The notes under the pieces: model-generated
The model's database searches: none
What the model was told of the DNA's origin: nothing
What the model saw: only the letters and a program-made list of their open reading frames with translations
In this document: positions 48,985-63,637 of the stretch, one piece after another
Position numbering within the stretch: the first letter of the stretch is position 1
Layout of the letters: each line of letters opens with the position of its first letter
Program-made: the position numbers and the translations under genes
Source: Fonticula alba ATCC 38817
Taxonomy: Eukaryota > Protista > Nucleariida
Direction: 5' to 3' (one strand)
Length of the DNA stretch: 64,000 nt
Assembly (NCBI GenBank): GCA_000388065.2
Contig: KB932208.1

Positions 48985-51270
48985 ATGTCGCCGGCCACGC
49001 AGCCGCCGCAGGCGTCGGAGCCCGACGCCCCCGAGGTGTGCCCCCACCTCTCGCGGGCGGTCAAGCCCAACCCCGCCAAGAGGCAAATCCCCCACATCAA
49101 GGTCTTCGCCTGCCAGGAGCCGGACTGCTCCGCGTCGGCGAGCGACCAGGGAGGCGACATCTGGGTGTGCTGCGGGTGCGCGGCCCTCCTCTGCGCCGAG
49201 CACCAGGCCCAGCATGTCCAGCCCCCGGGGCATGTCATCTTCCTGCGGACCGAGGCTCGGGCGTTGGTGGTGCGTGTGCTTGATGCGGCAAATGCGGGTC
49301 CCGGCCGCTGGGGCCCGCATCTGCCCGAGGCCTCCCCGTGCCGCGCGGGTGGCTTCTCCCTCTTCCCCTCGTCCCCGCCACGCGCATCGCCCTCCCTCCG
49401 CCGCCCCGCTGACCTCCTTGTGCCCGTGCGCCCCCCCCCCCCCCNNNNNNNNNNNNNNNNNNNNNNNNNNNNNNNNNNNNNCCCCGCCCCGCCCCGCCCC
49501 GCCTGCCATCCTCGACAGTTGACGCGGCGTGCGCGCGGCGACTCCTCCGCGCCCTGGAGCCCCGCGACGGCCTGCCCTCCGTCCGGTTCGCCTTTGCACC
49601 GCTATGCTTCGCGCTACACACCCGGCCCGATGCGATCGCCCTGCGCCGGGAGTCGCTGCATTGGCTGGTACGCATGGCCCCGCGCATAGGGCGCGCCCTT
49701 TTGGCCGACGGCGACCCGCTCCCCGGGACCCCGGGCTTCGGCCCGGAGCACGCGGCCTTTGCCGCCTGCTTCGGGCCCCTCTTCCAATGTCTGGATCATG
49801 ACACCCTCTCGGTGTCTGCCTGCGGGGTGCTCATTCATGTGGCGCGTCCGTGGCACGCCAGTGCCTGGCGCACGCGCAAGGCCCGGCAGCTGTACGATCG
49901 CCGCGGCCGACCGCGTGCCATGGCCCCGCTGGTCCAACTGCTGGAATCCTGGTCGACAAACATGCGCCTGGGGGCCGCCGGCGTGGCACTGCACCTTGGG
50001 GGAGGACCCGTGGCCGCCACCGCCACAGCAAGCCTGGTCTCGCCCTCGTCGCACAGCATCACCACTTCCTCCGGCGGCGCCATCGCCCATGTTGACAGTG
50101 CGCAGCTTTGTAGCCCCGACTGCTCTTCTTTGCGCCCCTTCCCCGGCCATCGTCCAGCTGCGACTTCTCCTCCCCCTCCTCCTCACACATCGCCACATCC
50201 TTCCCACGGACCCCCCCCCCCCCCTCCACTAGGCCTCCATCTACAGCGTGCGCGCCTTGCCCACGCGCTTTCGGCGCTTACCCTGCACGATGAGCCCCGT
50301 CAGCCGGGGGCCGCCACGACCATCGGCCTGAGCGACCTCAGCTCTGCCCTCCATACCCCGAGCGACCCGCCGCCCAATTCCTTCACTCGATCGCTGACAG
50401 CCACCGTGGACTCGGCCTCCCTACATGCCTTTGTCCAGGCCATCGACGTGCGTCGCCATGTATGCGGGTACCCCCCCCCCCCACTCCCCATGTGTCCCAC
50501 CACGCATTAACACGCCTTGCCCTCCCTCTCTCCCCCCCGCCTGCCCGCTTCCGGCGTACACCAGGACCCCTTCTGGCTGCCTGCCATTTCGGACTTCCTT
50601 TCCACATGGGATGGCTGCCGCCTCCGGCACTCGGTCTTCCGATTGATCTCCCTGTGCCCGCCAATGGCCTTCGAGGGTGCGCATATAGACCCAGTGACCT
50701 TGCCGCCCCCTTTCCCCCCCCCCACCGCCTGACACCCCTTTTAACAAAACACAAACACAAACCCCAACAACACCACCCCAACACCGCCCCCTAGAGATCT
50801 ACACCTTCATCCTCAACCCGCTGCTCCACCTCTTCCAAAGTTCGGACACCGTGTGGAAGTGCACCCTGATCAACATGTACTCGACCTTGACGTCGCGCTG
50901 GTGTGCGGTCTTCATGGCCGAGGAGTCCATGGGGCTCGGGGCTGACCGGTATTTCGGCCTGCTGGCCACCATTCGCCTACTGGCCGCACATGTGGACCGA
51001 CTTTGCCTACACTCCATCATCTCCGAGCGTGCGCATCCCCTGGTGGAGACCACAGTCCGGGGGTACTTCCTCCGGCTGTTCCAGGCCCTTGAGGGCCACG
51101 ACTCGAGCAAGTATTCCGCCCTCGAGGAGGGGCCATCCGGACTCGATGACAGCCTCGACCCGTCGAACATCCTGCTGGGGTTTTCCCCGCGGTCGCTCGT
51201 CCTCCTCTCGGCAAACCCCAGCAGTGGCATTGGCCCGCTGGACCTTTCCCTCCTGGGCGGGAGGGGCTAA
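48985..51270 (+). CDS. CENPI: CENP-I/Mis6/Ctf3 inner-kinetochore protein with an N-terminal ZnF-UBP-type zinc finger
   Basis: Exon 1: CPHL...CQEPDC...IWVCCGCAALLCAEHQAQHVQPPGHVIFL (ZnF-UBP pattern). From 49519: RLLRALEP...ESLHWLVRM...CFGPLFQCLDHDTLSVSACGVLIHVARPWHASAWRTRKARQL. Then SLHAFVQAID|DPFWLPAISDFLSTWDGCRLRHSVFRLISLCPPMAFE|EIYTFILNPLLHLFQSSDTVWKCTLINMYSTLTSRW. These are colinear with remembered CENP-I blocks (RILKCMIP, FYRWLVAM, LYGFFFASLQDDALCPYVCHLL, LWDGLCCRSQFLQLVSWIP, FKCSVL). Confidence 0.8.
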
Positions 51271-52846
51271 GGAGGAGGGGCCTGGAGCGACCCGCCGTCC
51301 CTCCCCTGCCCCCGATCGCGCGCGCCTACGCACTGGAGGCATGGGCATGCGCAGTCGGCTGGCCATCCTGGAGCTCCCCGTCCTGCCTCCCGGAAAAGGG
51401 CGTATGTGGGCTGTGTAATATACTTTTCTATTGGCGATTTCGTCCGCCCGGCCGGCCTGCCGGTGTGCATACACGATCATGAGCCATCCGAGGCGTGGTC
51501 GCCATCGGCGACATACTCCTGGCTGACATATCCTCCGGCAACCCAGTCGGACTACGTACATGGGTACGTATATACGACGCGCGTGCGTGCGTGTGTGCGT
51601 GTGTGTGTGAGTGTGAGTGTACATTCATGCGCACATGCAGGGGCATGAGAGAGACACCGCAGCGGGAATTTGTGGGACGATCCGTGCCGGTGGCACGCGG
51701 ACAACAAAAGGGAGTGACGCGTACCCAGGTGACGGCTAGCCGGACGGACGTGTCGATCGGCCCGCCAGCTGGAACCTCGTCCGGCCGCAGGCTGTCGATC
51801 GACCGGCCTGATGGCACAATCGGTGCCTCGGCCAGGCGGGCACAAAGCTTGGCATGTTGGACGGCTGCCTGCTCCAGGCGCGCAACAGCGTCCGAGAGCT
51901 CTACCAGGAGCGGGTGCGGGGGGGGNNNNNNNNNNNNNNNNNNNNNNNNNNNNNNNNNNNNNNNNNNNNNNNNNNNNNNNNNNNNNNNNNNNNNNNNNNN
52001 NNNNNNNNNNNNNNNNNNNNNNNNNNNNNNNNNNNNNNNNNNNNNNNNNNNNNNNNNNNNNNNNNNNNNNNNNNNNNNNNNNNNNNNNNNNNNNNNNNNN
52101 NNNNNNNNNNNNNNNNNNNNNNNNNNNNNNNNNNNNNNNNNNNNNNNNNNNNNNNNNNNNNNNNNNNNNNNNNNNNNNNNNNNNNNNNNNNNNNNNNNNN
52201 NNNNNNNNNNNNNNNNNNNNNNNNNNNNNNNNNNNNNNNNNNNNNNNNNNNNNNNNNNNNNNNNNNNNNNNNNNNNNNNNNNNNNNNNNNNNNNNNNNNN
52301 NNNNNNNNNNNNNNNNNNNNNNNNNNNNNNNNNNNNNNNNNNNNNNNNNNNNNNNNNNNNNNNNNNNNNNNNNNNNNNNNNNNNNNNNNNNNNNNNNNNN
52401 NNNNNNNNNNNNNNNNNNNNNNNNNNNNNNNNNNNNNNNNNNNNNNNNNNNNNNNNNNNNNNNNNNNNNNNNNNNNNNNNNNNNNNNNNNNNNNNNNNNN
52501 NNNNNNNNNNNNNNNNNNNNNNNNNNNNNNNNNNNNNNNNNNNNNNNNNNNNNNNNNNNNNNNNNNNNNNNNNNNNNNNNNNNNNNNNNNNNNNNNNNNN
52601 NNNNNNNNNNNNNNNNNNNNNNNNNNNNNNNNNNNNNNNNNNNNNNNNNNNNNNNNNNNNNNNNNNNNNNNNNNNNNNNNNNNNNNNNNNNNNNNNNNNN
52701 NNNNNNNNNNNNNNNNNNNNNNNNNNNNNNNNNNNNNNNNNNNNNNNNNNNNNNNNNNNNNNNNNNNNNNNNNNNNNNNNNNNNNNNNNNNNNNNNNNNN
52801 NNNNNNNNNNNNNNNNNNNNNNNNNNNNNNNNNNNNNNNNNNNNNC

Positions 52847-53130
52847 CCTTCCCCCCTCCCTGTCGGGCGCTTCATGCAGCCCCCTGCCAATGCGACACCC
52901 CCACCCGGCCTGCTAAACGCTAACGGCCGTATTTTGCCTGACCGCGCGGCTAACACGATGAGCCAGATGAACTCGCCTGTGGGCGGTGCCGGGCCTGGGG
53001 CCGGCGGCAACTTCCAGCTCCCTCCGGGTGCTTGGGGGCAAATGCTTCCCCCAGGTGGGAATACCGTGCCCCCCACCGGGCATGGCCTTGTCCAGGGCCA
53101 CCCTGGCAGCCTGGGTATGGGGTTGGCAGC

Positions 53131-53161
<31 letters not shown>

Positions 53162-56100
53162 GCGACAGCCCCGAGCCCCGCCCCGGGAGGCATGCAGCAC
53201 CTCGGCCCCGGCGCCTTCCCACTGGCCAGCCCGCCAGCGAGTCCCAGGCCGCTGATGAGCATGTTTGCCCGACCGGTCGCCAATCCGACCGGCCTCTTTG
53301 CCGCTGGTTCCGGCCCCGGCGTGGTCCCCCTGCTTGGAGCCATTCCCCCGGCTGGATTGGTGAATTTCCACAGCCACCACTATCAACAGCAACAGCAGCC
53401 GCCGCCGCCGCCGCCGCCGCAGCAGCAGCAGCCACAGCAGTTACTGCAGTCGGTCTCCATGCTGCCGGTGTCCAGTCCTATCACGCCAGCTGTTGCAAGT
53501 TCGCCCCTCGACAATTCCGCAGCCGCGGCAGCAGCAACAGCAGCAGCTCAAATGTCGCCTGCGCCCTCGGCGGGGCCAGCGACAGGGGCCACGGCGTTTC
53601 CCCCTGGCCCTGCCCCAGCCCACGCGTCGGCGGATCCATCACCAGCTGGGACCTCGGCCCTTGCTTCAGCTCCGGCTGTGGATCTGGCCGTGACCCCGGC
53701 CCCGGTCCCGGCCCCGGTCCCGGTCCCGGTCCCGGCCTCGATCCCGACTCCGGCCCCAGTCCCCACTCGACAATGGTGGCACCCAGTGTCGGCCGAGGCG
53801 GCGGCCACCTTCCGGGAGCACCTTGTCCAGTGGCATGCTGCCTCGCTAGTAGAGCTCGCCGGGCCTGGGCACACTGCCTCACCGGCCATCCTGGCCCGGG
53901 CGCGTGCCCTCGCGGCCGACATTGCCCTTCCCCAGACAGCCGTCACTCTGGGCCCGGGGGGTGCGACACCGGCCGCCGTTCCCCAAGTGGCCCCGCTGTC
54001 GGTCCCGCTCCTGGCGCTGGTGATCGCGGTGCAGCATTATGGCGGCGCGGACCTGGTACGTTTCTCTCTCCCCCCCCCCCCCCCCCCCCCCCCCTCGGGA
54101 CGCTTCTCCCGCCCCCCCCCCCCCCCCCCCCCTGCCGTGCGCGTGTTTCCTGACCCCCCCTCCCGCCTGTCCCTGTCTGCTGAAAGGTATCCTCCACCGG
54201 GCTCTGGCCCGTGATTGCGGTTGGCCTGGCTCTGGGCATGGACCCGGCCGACTCTGCCAACTTGAGCCTTGTGACGTCACTGACCCCGACCCCGGCGGCG
54301 GCTGCCTCTCTTGGGGCCATCATCCGCGACCGGTGGCAGCGGTCCCTGGCGCCTGTGGGCCGGCTCTCCCTGGCCGAGGCCCTGAGCGGAGCGCAGCCCC
54401 TGCTGAACCTTGCCCGGCCCGGGGCGTTGCTGCTCGGCCGGGAGGAGACCGCGCATCTGGAGGTCCCCGCACCGCCTGTCAATTGCGGGGCCGGGGTCTG
54501 GCTCGAGCGGACCCAGGCCCTGCGCTACGCCATGGCCAACCCTCGGGACCGGTCGACGCCGGCCAGCATGGACGGGGCCTTCGCCGTGGAGTGGCGTGCC
54601 CAGGAAGAGGCGGCCGCATGGGGTGCGTCCATGGCATCCCCCCCCCCCCCGCCGCCGCCCGAACTCCAGTCCCATTCCTCTGTCGCTGCTGGCCTTGCAG
54701 TCGGCTGTCAACTAACCTCTGCCTGTCTCGAAGCCGCTCTCGGTCCGCGAACGCTGGTGGCCACGCGCCTGCGCATGGCACTCAAGTCGCGGCTATTTAA
54801 CGAGGTGACCTGGGCCCTGCAGGGTCTCCTGCGTCTGGCCTCGGTGGCTCCAGCCAACTGTTCGTTGACGACATGCCTTGCCCCCTCCCCCGACCCATCT
54901 TCCTTTTGCCCCCCCTTCCATGGGGGCCAGCGCCCTGCACATGTGCCTGTACTGACCGGGCCCGTGCCCCCTCCCCCCCCCCTTTTTTTTACTCCTCGAC
55001 GCTTAGCTCTCACCTCGTCCATCCGCTTGGCGGACCTCTTGGAGCCCATTTGCGTGGTCGGCGGCCTGCGCCTGGCCGTCTCGGATGCCGCATCTTCCGG
55101 TATGCACAAGCCCCCCCTCCCCCGCCCCGTCGATGGGCCGCGCCATGTACCTTGCCTCGGCTAACCTCCATGGGTCCTGTGCCCCCGCCCCTTCCCCCCC
55201 TGTGACCGCCGACTGGCAGCTCCCCTTTCGCGGGTGACGCTTCTGTCGGCCCGAGTGCTGGCCACCCTGGCCATGTCGGACCCGGCGCTGGTGGCCGGCA
55301 GCCGGCTGGCCGTGCGGGCATTGTTGGAACTGACCGACCTCGGCTGGGACGCCCAGGAGCCGGTACCTGGTGCCAACGCCGGCTCGGACACCGTTTCACC
55401 CACGACCTCGGCTTGGAGCGCGGCCTGGCTGGAGGTGCCGCTCGGCTTGTCGGACCGGGTGGCGGCGGCGGCGGCCGGGCGTGCCGGCCTCCTGGCACTG
55501 GTGAGCAGCGGGCACCCGATCGCCACCACGCCGGGGGACCACCGGCCGCCGGCCGCGACTACCGTGGCGGCCGTTCCCGCCGCGGGCGGTGCAGCCGCAC
55601 CGGCCCCCCCCGCTGCCAGCAAGCGCCTCCTCCCGTTGGTGGCCCAGCGGCGGCGGCGGCGGCGGCAGGCGCTTGCGGCGGGAACGGCCACCACCCAGGC
55701 TGGCGCGTCAGCCGAGCCGGGCGGCCGGGCTGGTGGCTCGCAGGATGCCGTGTCTCCGCCCCTGTCGCCCACTTCGCCAGCCCCGCCGGCCGACGATGCG
55801 GGGCCCGATGTCCCGGGTCTTTGTCCGATCCTGGTGCGTGTGGCTCATGCGATTGGTGCCCTGCGGCGGGTGGTCCGGGTCCGGGCCCGGGGCTCGGCCA
55901 AGCGGCCGGGCATTTCCTGCGGGGCTGAGCGCGACCATCACTTTGTCATGTGCGGCCCTGCGTCGCGCGACCGGGCCATTCTCCTGTGGGCGGTGGATGT
56001 GCTCGGCTGGCGGGCGGTCCATTCCGACGGAGACCTCCTGGATGCCGGAGTGTGGGGCCTGTCGGCAACCCACGCGCGGCGCTTTGACCGTGCGGCTGCC

Positions 56101-57026
56101 GGCTTTGTTTGCGCCCCGTCGGTCTGCCTGCCGGCCGGGGCCAGCCCCCCATCGGCCAACCCGAGTTTGGCCGATGGGTCAGACCCCGGGGCCGTTCGGC
56201 ACATGGTCCACGCGGGCGATGTTGCGCGCTTCCTTGGCGAGACGGCCCTCTCGGCGGCCAGCTGTGGGCGTTTCCCGCCCCCCCCCCCGCCCTGCTGTGT
56301 CTGTGCCCGATTCTTGGGTGCCCAGTTATTTGATTGACCACGGGATGCACTTACACACATGCTCCGGCCCCTCCCTCCCTCCCTCCCTCCCTCCCCACCC
56401 TCTCTCTCCCCGCCTCGCCACAGGATATGGGCCTGGTAGTGGCATGCTTGGCGACGATCAACCGCGCGGTGGCTCGCGGGCCACTGGCTGCCTCGGCCAT
56501 CATCGATACTCCCCTGTTCCAGGGCCCGGCGAGTGGCCTGGCCCCCGGCGGGGCTCCGGCCGCCGTGCTGCCCCTCAAGCAGCTCCTGGCATCAGGCACT
56601 ACCGCGCGCGAGGCGGGCCTGGATGGGCTGCTGGACGCCCTGTTCGCCGGGCCCCAGAGTCCCGCGGGCCAAGGGCTCCCCCCACCGGCCAAGGTGACCC
56701 TGGCAAGCTCGCTCTTGCGCTTGATGGAGGATGCGCAGCTTCATCTGAATACGCTGGACCAGCCGCGGCCGGTGTCGAGCGCGCCCGCGGTGGCCGCGGT
56801 GGCCGATGGCAAGGAGCTCATGCAGCGTCTGGTGCAGATGTCGGAGCCTGACGACGTGGCACATGGTGCCCCGATGCAGCCGCTGGTCACGGTGTCGGAG
56901 TCCCGCGACATTCGATGGCTCTCTCTCATGTGCGCACCTCTCTTTGCCTGTTTCCCTCGGTCTCGCCTGGGTTCGCCGCGGCCACCACCACCTGCTTCCC
57001 CTCCTTTCGCTGCTCTCCCTCCCTCT

Positions 57027-57073
<47 letters not shown>

Positions 57074-57591
57074 CCGCCCCCCTCTCCCGGCCAGCCATCG
57101 GCATTGGCGTACTCACACAGCGTGGCATTCACTCGCAGGGTCGCGCGCGTGGCCCGGCCCTGCCCTCGGTCTTCGCTCCCTTTGGCGGAGCTCTCCTCGC
57201 GGCTGATCACCCTGGTTGCCGGGCGCCTGGCTGCACTTGAGCAGCTCATCAACCAAGCCGAGGCCAACCCGTCCATGATGACCGGGACCCGTCTTACGCA
57301 CCTTCGTGCCCTCAGAGACGCGCTGCAGCGGCGCATCACTTTCACAACCTCCACCCCACACATCTCCGAAGCGGTGGCCCTTCTGTTGCCGGGGACCACG
57401 CTCGTGAACACCGGGCATTCCGAGGTCCTCCCGCCCGGCATTCCAGGCTTCCTGCATTTGGCCCTGCTGCCGGATGCCGAGCCCCTGGCTGAAGACGCGT
57501 GCGCAACCTTCTTTCTTTGCCCTCCCTTTCCATCGCCCCCCCCCCCTTCTTCCTCTATGTCTCCCTTTTCCCCTCTTCGGGCAGCGCCCTT

Positions 57592-57622
<31 letters not shown>

Positions 57623-58724
57623 GCACTCATCCACGCCCCCCCACAGACTGGTCAATGCCATCGAGGCCGCAGAGCTGGCGCAGCTTCCCGGCGTGCCATC
57701 GGCCGGGGCGCTTGCCTGCCCACTGGCGGCGGCGCGCACCTGCGACCAGAGCCGCCTCTCGCAGTCGGCCATGGCCGCACATCTGGCTACGGCCCATGGC
57801 CCGGGCAGCGGAGACCCCAAGGCCGGATCGCTCTGCGGCTGGAACGGCCAATGCCGGGCGGCAGTCCCATCGGCCGACCAGTGGCAGGCGCATCTGGCTG
57901 AGCACTATGAGTTGCCGGTGTCGGCCGATGCCCTGGCAGGCATGGCAATTGCCTTTGCCTCTCCGGACGGCTGTGCTCTCGGGGCCTCGCAGGTCGATCC
58001 TGGCCGCGCTAGCGACTGGTGCTTGCTGTATCCGCCATCCTTGTCGCGTGCGTTCCCCTCTCCTCCTCCTCCTCCTCCTCCTCCTCCAGCCACCTTCCTG
58101 CCACCTTCCTGCCACCTTCCTGCCGCGGCTGCCCCTTGCATTATGCACGCCCACCGGCTCCTCTTCCGGCTTTCTCTCTCTCTCCCCCTCTATTTCTTTA
58201 CTCCCCCTCCTGGTGCGCTGCTCTGACATACCTGGGGCCATGCTTCTCGGCCATGTACAGCCACGGCCTACCTAGCGGCGTGTATTCTGTACACGGCGTC
58301 TCGTCACGCGGATTCGCGGGCCGTGCACCAGGCGGCCGGTCCGTCACCCGCCGCCGGCACCGGAGCGGGTCTCTTCCATCAGCGCATGCGCCGGGCGGCC
58401 ACGCGCGCAGGCGCCGGGGCGGCCGGCCGGTCGCGCAGCACCGCCACGGCCCTGGTGTCGACACCGCTGGGCGGCGTGGCAGCCGTCCATGGCTCGCGTC
58501 TTCCTCGGCGGGTTGGGTCTTCGCAGGTGGCCCTCCCTCGGCGTGGTGACGCCCCGGGGGCCGGTTTGGCCGTCGACCGGCTGTATGAGCTGGCCACCGG
58601 GAGCTATTGCGCCCCCTCCGGCGTGCAGGTGAAGCTCCCGCCGGTGCAATCTTACGCGTGTGAGATTGCCGCCGCCCTGGCCGTCGCCCCCTCGTCGGCG
58701 GCCGCCGCGCAAATGAATGACTAG
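52847..58724 (+). CDS. ARID-domain SWI/SNF-family chromatin remodeller subunit (ARID2/Rsc9-like: ARID, ARM repeats, two C2H2 fingers); 5' end in or before the gap
   Basis: The ARID is split at 54055|54187: FREHLVQWH...PQV...LLALVIAVQHYGGADL|VSSTGLWPVIAVGLALG...AIIRDRWQRSLAP. RLRMALKSRLFNEVTWALQGLLRLAS matches the ARID1/ARID2/Rsc9 SLKSGLxxExxWAL block. CPLAAARTCDQ...HLATAH and CGWNGQC...HLAEH are C2H2-like. Stop at 58724. Confidence 0.8.
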
Positions 58725-59293
58725 CACGGGCGGTGTCCCNNNNNNNNNNNNNNNNNNNNNNNNNNNNNNNNNNNNNNNNNNNNNNNNNNNNNNNNNNNTC
58801 TATGTCTCTCTCTCTCTCTCTCTCATTCTCTCCCCCTCTCTTGTCTACTTCGTGTGGGTGCGAGTTCTCTCTGCCTGGGCCGGCTCTCCGCCTGGCTCGA
58901 CACACGCCCTGTGGAGGAGAGGCAGGGTAAAAATACAAGCTTCTTGATTCGCCGATATGCGCGTGTGCAGACCACCACCAGACCGGCTGGCACACTCGGT
59001 CGGATATGTTTTGCTCCTTCTCTCGTGGTGATCTCTATTCTATGTGTCGATCACACGGTGCGCCGCGACCCTGGCACATGAGGCGACCTGTGCCTTTTGC
59101 TGCCTCTCGCCGGTCCTCGCAAAGGGTGTCAGGAGGGAGGCATAGGATGCGGTGGCCGCCTTCGCGTGGGGGGAGAGGGGGGGGGGTCTCACCTCGCCGC
59201 CTCCTGCGCAAAGACCAGGCACATGCCGGCGACAGGGGCAATCACCAGCCTGTCACAGCGCGCGAGCAATGGGGGAATCCAGCACCTGGGCGA

Positions 59294-61285
<1,992 letters not shown>

Positions 61286-61484
61286 GTCGGGGCGCGAAGA
61301 CTGCAGGTGCAGGGGGGTGCGGGAGGGGGAGGGGGGAAGGGTCTTCTCTCTCGAGCCGGGCCCGGAGCCCGCCCGGGGCCTGGGGGGCCTTTTTATTCGG
61401 GGGCTGCCGGGCGGGAGGGCGCCACGGGCGCGACCGCCGGCCGTGACTCGTGTGGGGCAGATCTCCTCCCGGCCTCGGCTGCGG

Positions 61485-61529
<45 letters not shown>

Positions 61530-62055
61530 CGGNNNNNNNNNNNNNNNNNNNNNNNNNNNNNNNNNNNNNNNNNNNNNNNNNNNNNNNNNNNNNNNNNNNN
61601 NNNNNNNNNNNNNNNNNNNNNNNNNNNNNNNNNNNNNNNNNNNNNNNNNNNNNNNNNNNNNNNNNNNNNNNNNNNNNNNNNNNNNNNNNNNNNNNNNNNN
61701 NNNNNNNNNNNNNNNNNNNNNNNNNNNNNNNNNNNNNNNNNNNNNNNNNNNNNNNNNNNNNNNNNNNNNNNNNNNNNNNNNNNNNNNNNNNNNNNNNNNN
61801 NNNNNNNNNNNNNNNNNNNNNNNNNNNNNNNNNNNNNNNNNNNNNNNNNNNNNNNNNNNNNNNNNNNNNNNNNNNNNNNNNNNNNNNNNNNNNNNNNNNN
61901 NNNNNNNNNNNNNNNNNNNNNNNNNNNNNNNNNNNNNNNNNNNNNNNNNNNNNNNNNNNNNNNNNNNNNNNNNNNNNNNNNNNNNNNNNNNNNNNNNNNN
62001 NNNNNNNNNNNNNNNNNNNNNNNNNNNNNNNNNNNNNNNNNNNNNNNNNNNNNNN

Positions 62056-62093
<38 letters not shown>

Positions 62094-63119
62094 CGAGTGG
62101 ACGTGGGCACGACGGAGTGGGCCAAGAAGGTGAGAAAGGTGTCTCTCCCCGGGAGGATGAGAGAGACGCCCTTCTGCTTTGGGGGGGGAGGGGGGATGTC
62201 TTGACCGGCTGGGGATCTGGAGAGGGGAGGAAAAGCACGGAGAAGCAGATCCCCCCCCCCCTCCCGGCAGACTCAGGCCGGAGCGCGTGAGCGTGTACGC
62301 GCGCGCGCGCGCATGTCCTCCCTCCTCTGGCGGAGAGGGGCTGGGGCGCGGGGAGCGGCGCTGGTGCAGCGCACCGGCGAACAGTCCATCGCCGGGGCGG
62401 CTTTTCGGTGCCTCGCGGCCGTTGGCGGCCTTTTCGGACTGTGGCAGTCTGCGCGTGCACCGCGCTTGTGGCTCTTTGAGCCTTGTCACCGCCCCTGGAC
62501 AGGGGGGGGGGGGGGGNNNNNNNNNNNNNNNNNNNNNNNNNNNNNNNNNNNNNNNNNNNNNNNNNNNNNNNNNNNNNNNNNNNNNNNNNNNNNNNNNNNN
62601 NNNNNNNNNNNNNNNNNNNNNNNNNNNNNNNNNNNNNNNNNNNNNNNNNNNNNNNNNNNNNNNNNNNNNNNNNNNNNNNNNNNNNNNNNNNNNNNNNNNN
62701 NNNNNNNNNNNNNNNNNNNNNNNNNNNNNNNNNNNNNNNNNNNNNNNNNNNNNNNNNNNNNNNNNNNNNNNNNNNNNNNNNNNNNNNNNNNNNNNNNNNN
62801 NNNNNNNNNNNNNNNNNNNNNNNNNNNNNNNNNNNNNNNNNNNNNNNNNNNNNNNNNNNNNNNNNNNNNNNNNNNNNNNNNNNNNNNNNNNNNNNNNNNN
62901 NNNNNNNNNNNNNNNNNNNNNNNNNNNNNNNNNNNNNNNNNNNNNNNNNNNNNNNNNNNNNNNNNNNNNNNNNNNNGGGGGGGGGGCCTGTACCTGCAGG
63001 ACAGGTGCCAGGGGCACCTGCGGCCCGGGCGTGCATGCTCCCGTGTGCTCTTGTGTCATTCTCTTCTGGAAGCGTCATCTCCGTCACCATGCAATGGGCC
63101 CACCAGAATGAGGACTCTT

Positions 63120-63420
63120 TCTTGTGCGTCTCCTCTATTCTTCTTCTCCCTCCTCCCCTTCCCTTCCTTCTTTCCTCTCTTCTTTCCTTTCTTCTTTTCC
63201 TTCTTCTTTTCCTCCTTCTTTCGTCTTGTCCTCTTCTCCCCTCCTCCTCGCCCTTCTTTCTCCCTTCTTTCTCCCTCCTCCTCGCCCTTCTTTCTCCCTT
63301 CTTTCTCCCTTCTTCCTCCCTCCTCCCCTCCTCCTCTCCCTTCTTCCTCCCTCCTCCCCTCCTCCTCTCTTCCTCCCCTCCTCCTCTCTTCCTCCCCTCC
63401 TCCTCCCTCGCAATCCTTTC
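63120..63420. repeat. Near-pure polypyrimidine (C/T) low-complexity tract
   Basis: About 300 bp of CTT/CCT/CTCC repeats on the + strand. The poly-R/E ORF at 63135-63422 is its antisense shadow. Confidence 0.9.
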
Positions 63421-63637
63421 ACTCGACTCCTTTGCTTTGTTTTCGACTGGTCGCCTGTTTTGTTCTCAACCCCTTTCCATTAGGCGGTCTCCTACACCCG
63501 CCCTTCTTCCTCTCCTTGCGTCGTCCCGCCCCTCCGCCCCAACTTACCCCCCTGCCCCTCGTGCCCTCCTCTCCACGCAGGATTGGTTTGGTTTACCCCG
63601 GCTCTGCAAAGTCCCCCCTCAATTTTTCCCGTCCACA

